The notes beneath the pieces were generated by a model. It did not search any database. It was given only the letters and a program-made list of their open reading frames with translations, and had not been told where the DNA came from. Positions 9,539-16,225 of a stretch of 64,000 bases of DNA are shown here, one piece after another. The stretch comes from a virus, in IMG/VR virus record IMGVR_UViG_3300044492_000149, positions 5,615 through 69,614 of that record; one strand, 5' to 3'. Numbering within the stretch: position 1 is the stretch's first letter; the number at the start of each line of letters is the position of its first letter. A program made the translations under genes and the position numbers.

Positions 9539-10123
9539 ATGGATGCCCAAACACCGAAGGAAGTTCTGCCTGAGCGGCGATTCCTCCCAGCTCTCGCAGA
9601 GGCCGTGGCCACCTGGTTCCCTGAACTGGGTGGCCGCGCGCTAGCTGTGTCAGAGGTCTCAGTCACGAAGGAAAACATCCCAACCCTGCCGCTTGCTATG
9701 GTCGCTTTTGCCCGCTCGACGTCAGAACAGCCGCTTCATCAGCGCAGCGAGATGTTCGAGATCCAAGACGCTTTCATCATCGAGTTCTGGATGGAGCCGT
9801 CGCGGTACAAGAAAGCGAATGGTTCAGAGACGCCGTTCTGGAGTTACTATGACTACGAGGCCGTCCGCGATACCCTGCTCGCCAACATCACGCAGTGGGA
9901 AACCCCCGGCGGCGAACGGATCGCTTTCCGTGGCCTGACGATCGACGCTGATCCGTTGGCCGTGACTCTGTCGTTCGCTTTCATCGCCAGCTTCCGCTGG
10001 TGCTCACCCGTCACCGAGTTCGGTATTCCTTTCACGATCAGCAGCAGGCTTTGCGCTCCAGCCATTACCTGCGTTCCGACTTGTCTGGAGGAGAATGAAG
10101 ACGAATGTCACCCCTGTCCATAG
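9539..10123 (+). CDS. Putative tail terminator protein
   Basis: Position upstream of sheath; size. Confidence 0.55.
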   Translation: MDAQTPKEVLPERRFLPALAEAVATWFPELGGRALAVSEVSVTKENIPTLPLAMVAFARSTSEQPLHQRSEMFEIQDAFIIEFWMEPSRYKKANGSETPFWSYYDYEAVRDTLLANITQWETPGGERIAFRGLTIDADPLAVTLSFAFIASFRWCSPVTEFGIPFTISSRLCAPAITCVPTCLEENEDECHPCP

Positions 10124-10152
10124 GCTTCAGGACCCCGAAGAGGAGCTCTACA

Positions 10153-10413
10153 ATGTCCATGATTTATGTCAAGGCCAAACCCGACCGTCGCGCTTACTAC
10201 GAGGGTCGCGTCATCCCTCAGGACAAGTTCATTCCTGTCGCTGACACGCCGTACATCCGGCGACTGATCGACCATCACGGCGATCTTGAAGTCGAGGGTG
10301 GCCGCGGCGGCGACAAGCCATCTCAGCAGGGGCGACGACCCCAGGCACCTGAGCAAGTTCAGAGACAGGATGCCCAGACTGCTGCGGACAATCGACCGAA
10401 GAAGGAAGTCTGA
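10153..10413 (+). CDS. DUF2635-like small tail protein (Mu gp38-like)
   Basis: YVKAKPDR...V.DTPYIRRLI..GDL motif; AGGAG RBS; precedes sheath. Confidence 0.65.
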   Translation: MSMIYVKAKPDRRAYYEGRVIPQDKFIPVADTPYIRRLIDHHGDLEVEGGRGGDKPSQQGRRPQAPEQVQRQDAQTAADNRPKKEV

Positions 10414-10452
10414 AACCCGGGAGCCCGCTCTCGTTCTTAACGGAGAAACATC

Positions 10453-11973
10453 ATGAGCATCGACTCACTGCGGAGCGGGGCAATTCGAATTTGCTTCGAT
10501 CCTTCTTTGAATGCCTACCCTAACAAGTGCCGCATCTTGCTTGAGGGCCAGATGCTTACCACGGGCACGGCAGAACCAAACGCCCTGATCAAGATCCCGT
10601 CGCTGCGTGACGTCGATCTTCTCTTCGGCGAAGGCAGCGTCATCTCCAATGGCTTGAAAGTGGGCTTCGCTTGTTGCCCAGATCAGGTCATGGAGTTCTA
10701 CGCCCTGCCGCGCAACGATCAGGATGTTGGTGCAACGGTAAAGGCCAAGTACACGATCACCTTTACTGGGACGGCTACGTCTGACGGTCGGGCCGATTTC
10801 TTCGTCGCCGATGGTCGCTGGAACACGTCGACTCGTATCACGGAAGGCATGACTCCCGATGAGGTTGCTGCGGCAGTCGCGGCGAACATGGAAGTCGAGG
10901 CAGGCTTTCCGTTCGATCCAGTAGCTACGGCAGGCGTCATCACGCTGACAGCTAAGAACGCTGGCACGGTTGGCAACAACATCGGTATCATCTACAACTG
11001 GCACCAGCGACGGGACTACGCACCTCTCGGTGTGGATGTGGTCGTTGCTCAGTCAGTCCAAGGGTTGCACGCTGGAGCCTTTGCCGCTCCTGACTACGCG
11101 GCCACCCTCGGCGAGTGCTGTTACTGCTGCATCGGCATGCTTTACGACAGCCCGGTATGGCAAGACTACATGATCGCTTACATTGCCGACGCCTGGTCTT
11201 GCGACAAGCCCCAGTGCTTCGGCCATGGTTACACTTACAACAGCGGTACCCTCGGCCAGATCTTGGCCACGGACACGAACTCGGCAGAGGTCAGCCGGAT
11301 CGCCCACTGCACGACTGATCCGATCGCTGGCTACCTCGAGGTCGCCGCTTACGCTGCTCAATCCTGTTGCTTGACGGTGAACAACCCCGAGCTGAGCATC
11401 CAGGGACCAAACTTTGGTGTCCTGTCCTGCGTCTTGCAGCCGGAGTCGTGCTTCCAGTGCTTCACGTTCGAAGAGCAGCAGCTCCTGCAGGCCACGGGGT
11501 TCGTGGTCGTGGTGCCGCTCGCTGGTGGCGCCGGGTCCATGACTAGCCCGATGGTCGTGAATGACATCACGAACAACCGCTACGACGAGGAAGGCAAGTT
11601 GAACGCCACCTGGTGGAATGTCAACTCTCGTCGTCTGGCGGCCGCTACAGCTGACGCTATGGCCATCCAGCTGGGTCAGGTCCTTGGTCTGGGACTGTTC
11701 ACGAAGAACACGGCGATCCCCCGTGGCGTTCGCGGCACCAACCCCAAGCTGATCCTCGGGATGGTTCGGTCTTGGGCGAAGTCGAACATCGGGGTCTTGT
11801 TCTCGGAGTTCGATGACATCGACAACGACATCGTGCTCATGACGGACTTCGAGAAAGCTCCTCGGTGCCAGGGCATTCCGGGCAAGCTGTGGCTCGATTT
11901 TACTTATCGGCCGCCAGTCCGTATCTCTAACATCATCATCAACGCCAAGCCGGCGCTGCTGAGCAACTGTTAA
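10453..11973 (+). CDS. Contractile tail sheath protein (Mu gpL-like)
   Basis: LLEGQML..G.A, LFGEGS, ITLTAKNAGTVGN motifs. Confidence 0.88.
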   Translation: MSIDSLRSGAIRICFDPSLNAYPNKCRILLEGQMLTTGTAEPNALIKIPSLRDVDLLFGEGSVISNGLKVGFACCPDQVMEFYALPRNDQDVGATVKAKYTITFTGTATSDGRADFFVADGRWNTSTRITEGMTPDEVAAAVAANMEVEAGFPFDPVATAGVITLTAKNAGTVGNNIGIIYNWHQRRDYAPLGVDVVVAQSVQGLHAGAFAAPDYAATLGECCYCCIGMLYDSPVWQDYMIAYIADAWSCDKPQCFGHGYTYNSGTLGQILATDTNSAEVSRIAHCTTDPIAGYLEVAAYAAQSCCLTVNNPELSIQGPNFGVLSCVLQPESCFQCFTFEEQQLLQATGFVVVVPLAGGAGSMTSPMVVNDITNNRYDEEGKLNATWWNVNSRRLAAATADAMAIQLGQVLGLGLFTKNTAIPRGVRGTNPKLILGMVRSWAKSNIGVLFSEFDDIDNDIVLMTDFEKAPRCQGIPGKLWLDFTYRPPVRISNIIINAKPALLSNC

Positions 11974-12012
11974 GTCCAATCACGGGGAAAGTGATCAACC
12001 AAGGAGAATATC

Positions 12013-12474
12013 ATGTTAGGTCTTATTATCCCGCTCGGCGTTCCGGGCGGTGGTAGCCCCGATCAGAGCTTGCCTGGTCAGCCCGGGCATCCGTCCAACG
12101 CGCTGCCCGGCGGCGGCCATGTATCGGGTCAGCCGGTTCCTGGCGGTGGTGGCGGCCGCCCCTCACAGGGCCTCCCCGGTCAGGGTGGCAGCGGCAGCAC
12201 GTTGCCGACCGATGAAGCCTGGATTCTCGCCTATAGCCCGCGCAATGGCTACAGCTGGGTCAAGGCCAGCGATCTCGTTGGCAGTGGCCATCGTCCAGGA
12301 CAGGAGCTTCCGGGCGGACCTCCCGGCCATGCATCCGGACAGCCCCTTCCTGGCGGTGAGCACGGTTCCACGCAGCCGGTGCCCGGTCAGCCGCCGCATG
12401 CATCCGGTCAGCCGGTGCCTGGGCAGCCGCCGCGTCCGGATAATCAGCCAAGTGGTGCCCAGCCGAAGAAGTAA
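12013..12474 (+). CDS. Gly/Pro-rich repeat protein
   Basis: AAGGAG RBS; repeated H.SGQP.PG units. Confidence 0.7.
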   Translation: MLGLIIPLGVPGGGSPDQSLPGQPGHPSNALPGGGHVSGQPVPGGGGGRPSQGLPGQGGSGSTLPTDEAWILAYSPRNGYSWVKASDLVGSGHRPGQELPGGPPGHASGQPLPGGEHGSTQPVPGQPPHASGQPVPGQPPRPDNQPSGAQPKK

Positions 12475-12489
12475 GACGTCGAACGTCAG

Positions 12490-12516
12490 CGGTGGGGCTT
12501 CACTGCCCCACCGTTT
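12490..12516 (+). terminator. Putative terminator hairpin
   Basis: CGGTGGGGC-ttcact-GCCCCACCG-TTT. Confidence 0.55.
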
Positions 12517-12531
12517 CATGAAGGTTTCGAA

Positions 12532-12753
12532 ATGAGCGACAAAACCGGTGAACCAGCTTACTCGTTCGACGCTTGCGTGTGCGGCGATCCTGAGTGCGGT
12601 TCTCTCCATCTAGTTGCCCGACGGACCGACGGTTCAGCAATCTGTGAGCTCGTGATCGCCCGCGAGCAACTTCAGGGTCTGTTGCTGATGTCGATCGAGT
12701 CTGGTTTGCTCGAGGGCGAGGTCGAAATGATCCCCCGTAACAGAATTCAGTGA
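12532..12753 (+). CDS. Hypothetical protein (CxC..C..H)
   Basis: ORF fills the gap before the tube gene. Confidence 0.55.
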   Translation: MSDKTGEPAYSFDACVCGDPECGSLHLVARRTDGSAICELVIAREQLQGLLLMSIESGLLEGEVEMIPRNRIQ

Positions 12754-12780
12754 GTTCATCTTGACGAAGGAGACGTAGAC

Positions 12781-13236
12781 ATGACTTGCGACAATCAGGT
12801 AGGCGTCAAGAACATTCTCTTGACGTTCAAGGACTGCGACACGGACGCAGTTTATGGGCCGATCTCTCACCTGTTGGCGACGGACACGCTGCCGACCTGG
12901 AGGCTCTGCCCTTACAACAACGACACGTTGCCGCACGGTTACGTTACGCGCAAGCCCGCCTCGCCGGAGGTCGAGATCAACGTGATCCGGGACTTGAGAA
13001 TTCCCTTGTCGATGTATCAGGGGTGTAGTGACGTCAGTCTTCAGGTTGAGTACTACAACGGCCTCGTGTACTCGGCCCTTAAAGGAACAGGCACCGGCGA
13101 TGACAAGAGCAACACCCATGAAGTTGACATGAAGATCACCTTCAGGGAAATCGACGAGCTCCTGCCGAACGGCATCCTCGACCAGAACGTGGCCGAGATC
13201 CCACCGACCTTCGCTCCGACAGCGCTGGCGGCGTAA
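12781..13236 (+). CDS. Tail tube protein
   Basis: 151 aa beta-rich, AAGGAG RBS, downstream of sheath and upstream of chaperone. Confidence 0.7.
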   Translation: MTCDNQVGVKNILLTFKDCDTDAVYGPISHLLATDTLPTWRLCPYNNDTLPHGYVTRKPASPEVEINVIRDLRIPLSMYQGCSDVSLQVEYYNGLVYSALKGTGTGDDKSNTHEVDMKITFREIDELLPNGILDQNVAEIPPTFAPTALAA

Positions 13237-13240
13237 TCCT

Positions 13241-13867
13241 ATGGTTGAGGTTGCAAAACTCAACGGCGCCAAGATCCCGATCACTTTTGATCTAGGAGAT
13301 CGGCACATCGACGGCGCCGTCATCAAACCGCTGACGTTTTCTACGTTTGCGGAATGTATCGCAGAAGCCCAGAGCATGCGTGGCCCTAAAACCTTTGATG
13401 CGCGACTTCGAAGGTTGCGGATGGTCAAGCAGGTGACGTACTACACCAATGGTTCTGTCGCTGTCGTCGGCATGGAAGACATTCTGAAGATGCCGATCCA
13501 GGCGGCGCGAACGATCGCCGGCAAACTGGACGACGACGATGAAGTTGCTGGCAAGGTCATTACGCCTGGCGACGGCATCGACAAGGCCATCGTTTATGAG
13601 TTGGGTAAGCCCATCCCGATGGGCCAAGGAAAGCCGCCCATCAAGGAGCTGGAGTTCTTGGCCAAGACCTACGGCGACATCGAAGACGTCATGGCTGCCA
13701 CTGATGCTATCTCGCAAACGGCCATGCTGATCTCTACAGTAGCGAAACCACTAGGAACGTCGCTGATTCAGTTGCCCAGCTGGGCTCTGACGCAGATCAC
13801 GGTTGCTGACGGTGTTACGATATCGCGAGATATCTTACCGCTTTTTCTAGGGTCGCCAGCCGAGTGA
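13241..13867 (+). CDS. Tail assembly chaperone (G-like)
   Basis: Position after tube; followed by overlapping -1 frame ORF. Confidence 0.6.
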   Translation: MVEVAKLNGAKIPITFDLGDRHIDGAVIKPLTFSTFAECIAEAQSMRGPKTFDARLRRLRMVKQVTYYTNGSVAVVGMEDILKMPIQAARTIAGKLDDDDEVAGKVITPGDGIDKAIVYELGKPIPMGQGKPPIKELEFLAKTYGDIEDVMAATDAISQTAMLISTVAKPLGTSLIQLPSWALTQITVADGVTISRDILPLFLGSPAE

Positions 13868-14025
13868 TTGAGCGGGTGGAAGAATACCGGTATTATTCCG
13901 CATCGGCAGGCGACTTACGACCGCTCAACATTCGCTTGTTGACTCTACGAGTTTTGACTTTCCAGACGATCCACAAGCAAGAATTCAAGAATCGGGTTGT
14001 CTTAGCAGGCGGAAAGCCAAAATAA
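13864..14025 (+). CDS. Tail chaperone T-like extension (-1 frame)
   Basis: VIERVEEYRYYS...GGKPK; -1 frame is open from CTTTTTC at 13841. Confidence 0.5.
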   Translation: MIERVEEYRYYSASAGDLRPLNIRLLTLRVLTFQTIHKQEFKNRVVLAGGKPK

Positions 14026-14075
14026 TTCAAAAAACAGCAGGAACTTCTGCAGGAAGGTGGTGGTATAAGGGTTGG

Positions 14076-14095
14076 GAGTCAAAGGCCTTTGACTC
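14076..14095. promoter_or_regulatory. Perfect 20-bp palindrome GAGTCAAAGGCCTTTGACTC
   Basis: Self reverse-complementary; lies upstream of the ORF at 14120. Confidence 0.6.
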
Positions 14096-14119
14096 TTCAA
14101 CCGACGGGAGCTCCCTCCT

Positions 14120-14857
14120 ATGCGAACTCTGCTGGCAGCCTCAGCGCTGCTCCTGACGGCGTCATGCTTGACGCCAGCTAATGCTGTTACTATCAATGCT
14201 GCTGACATCGGTCTGACTGGCACCACCGTGGTGCAGGGCATGGTCGATATCGGCAACACTCACACGGTCATTCCCGGTTTGACTGGGACGTTAGGACTGA
14301 CTTTCCTTGGCAGAACCGGCACGTTGTGGAATTTTGCTTACACCGTGACGAATACTTCCAGCGGCAACGTCACCGGTTCTTCGATCAGTAACTTCGGTCT
14401 CAACGTCACGCCCGATCTGGCGCCGACGGGATCGACGGCTACTGGATTGTTTGGTGGTAGCGTGTCAACGCCCGGAAATGAACCAGTCGGCATTGGCAGC
14501 GTCGATTTTTGTGCCTCGACTGGCCCAAGCTGTCCTGGCGGTGCCAGCAACGGTGTTGACGAGGGTCTAAGTACGAGCGGGCTGTTCTCGCTTAACTTCA
14601 CCAGTGTGCTAGGGTCGATCACGCTCGATTCGGCTGACATGCGCTGGCAGGAAATCACTGGTACCTTCAACGGACAAAGGCTTCCTGAGTCTGGTGCTGG
14701 TACTAACCCTAGCGTTTGTCCGGACTGCACGATCACTCCGGTCAACGCCGTACCGGGTCCTATTGCAGGAGCCGGTATTCCAGGACTAATTGCTGCTTGT
14801 TTGACCTTGGTTGGTTTGGCTAAACGTCGACGGCAGCGATTGGCCGGTCTGGCGTAA
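14120..14857 (+). CDS. Exported protein with PEP-CTERM-like sorting signal (cistern-family-like)
   Basis: Signal peptide; YTVTNTS..GSSISNFG..GIGSVDFC core; C-terminal VPGPIAGAGIPGL + TM + KRRRQR. Confidence 0.8.
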   Translation: MRTLLAASALLLTASCLTPANAVTINAADIGLTGTTVVQGMVDIGNTHTVIPGLTGTLGLTFLGRTGTLWNFAYTVTNTSSGNVTGSSISNFGLNVTPDLAPTGSTATGLFGGSVSTPGNEPVGIGSVDFCASTGPSCPGGASNGVDEGLSTSGLFSLNFTSVLGSITLDSADMRWQEITGTFNGQRLPESGAGTNPSVCPDCTITPVNAVPGPIAGAGIPGLIAACLTLVGLAKRRRQRLAGLA

Positions 14858-14923
14858 GCCATTCCGGAGACGACCGCGCGCCGAGACGTCGACGCGTGGA
14901 ATGTTGATCAAGGAGACTAAAAA

Positions 14924-15583
14924 ATGAAGAGTCTACTCTACGCGTTTGCAGCAGTAGCGGCGTTGGCGGTCAGTCCCGCTCTCGCCGACACGATTACGGC
15001 CACGGCAACGGTCGATGGCGGTCTAACCCAGACCACCACCACCGTTAACGGCACGCTTAATATCATCGGTGGATCGATTGGAGCGTTCTCGTTTAACACT
15101 GTTAGTGCCAACTCGCAGACGACGCTGCCGGCTCCAGGGATTCTCACGACCAACTCCCTGAACTTGCAGCAGACGGCGGCAGGTGCGCACACGCTGGTGT
15201 TGGACATCACGGCATCGCAGCTCGTTGGCACCAACGCCCTGACCAACTTCCTCTCGACGTTCTCGGTTAGTGGCTTGACGGCGGGTTGGACGGCACAGGA
15301 ACAGACCTTCATCAACGGCACGCTGTTGTCCTCTACCCCGGTGTTCACCACGGTATCGGGTTCGGCGAACGCCACGGTGGCCCGGTTGGAGACTAATCCG
15401 TTCTCGGCCGAGGTGCGTTACACCATCACCTCGAATGGTCCTGGTGGCTTCAATGGCGGTATCGACATTAGCGGTACTGCAGCTGTCCCTGGTCCGGTGG
15501 TCGGTGCTGGCTTCCCCGGTCTGGTCGCTCTGCTTGGCGGCATCTGGGGTTGGAAGAAACGTCGTCAGCTTTTGACGGCGTAA
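14924..15583 (+). CDS. Exported protein with PEP-CTERM-like sorting signal
   Basis: Signal peptide ending ALA-D; Thr/Ser-rich; C-terminal VPGPVVGAGFPGL + TM + WKKRR; AAGGAG RBS. Confidence 0.8.
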   Translation: MKSLLYAFAAVAALAVSPALADTITATATVDGGLTQTTTTVNGTLNIIGGSIGAFSFNTVSANSQTTLPAPGILTTNSLNLQQTAAGAHTLVLDITASQLVGTNALTNFLSTFSVSGLTAGWTAQEQTFINGTLLSSTPVFTTVSGSANATVARLETNPFSAEVRYTITSNGPGGFNGGIDISGTAAVPGPVVGAGFPGLVALLGGIWGWKKRRQLLTA

Positions 15584-15591
15584 TCTAAAGG

Positions 15592-15633
15592 GGGCCGTAG
15601 TGATCCGAGTCACTGCGGCCCTTCTCCGTTTTT
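15592..15633 (+). terminator. Putative terminator hairpin after the PEP-CTERM-like genes
   Basis: GGGCCGTAGTGA-tccgag-TCACTGCGGCCC then pyrimidine tract. Confidence 0.5.
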
Positions 15634-15650
15634 CCTGGAACGAGGCTACC

Positions 15651-15983
15651 GTGTTGCGCGCTAAGGAAGCCCTGTTTCTGCATCGCCAGGGTCAAAATTA
15701 CCTGCAGATCGCTAACCGGTTCAAGCTCACGCGAGAGCGCGTTCGACAACTCATCAACATCGCGATCCAGCTTGAATCCCTCGAGGAAGCTCCCGACAAC
15801 GGCCTGTCCGTTCGAACCCACAACGCTCTAGTCCGCGGGGGGATCGAAGAGATCTCGCCTGAGGCCGTCAAGACCCATTTCCCGACCCTCGAACGGTTAG
15901 CTAGAATTCCCGGCATGGGAGAGAAAGCTATCGAGGAGTTGCAAGACTGGTTGGGTAAAAACGGGGCTGAAAAGATCCAATGA
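15651..15983 (+). CDS. Sigma-70 region 4 HTH fused to RNA polymerase alpha-CTD-like domain
   Basis: YLQIANRFKLTRERVRQL and LSVRTHNALVRGGI...LARIPGMGEKAIEEL; GTG start with GAGG upstream (track start 15600). Confidence 0.75.
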   Translation: MLRAKEALFLHRQGQNYLQIANRFKLTRERVRQLINIAIQLESLEEAPDNGLSVRTHNALVRGGIEEISPEAVKTHFPTLERLARIPGMGEKAIEELQDWLGKNGAEKIQ

Positions 15984-16210
15984 ATTTTAAGATACCCTTG
16001 TTCGTCGTTCGGTCTTGGGACTGGTTTGAAGGCCAGATCAACAAAGACCTCATCTGGCGAATTCGGATCGTCGATGTTTTTCTTCTCGTAAGTTTTTTAT
16101 TCTGCGTCGGGTATTACTGGTGGTTCTATAATTGGCAGTACGCAATCTACGCTGGCATCCTGTACGGCGTGATGATGTTAACCGGGTTCTTCCTCAGGGA
16201 CTACGGCTAA
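15980..16210 (+). CDS. Small membrane protein
   Basis: Two hydrophobic segments; ATGA overlap. Confidence 0.6.
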   Translation: MNFKIPLFVVRSWDWFEGQINKDLIWRIRIVDVFLLVSFLFCVGYYWWFYNWQYAIYAGILYGVMMLTGFFLRDYG

Positions 16211-16225
16211 AAACAGGGGGCCGTC

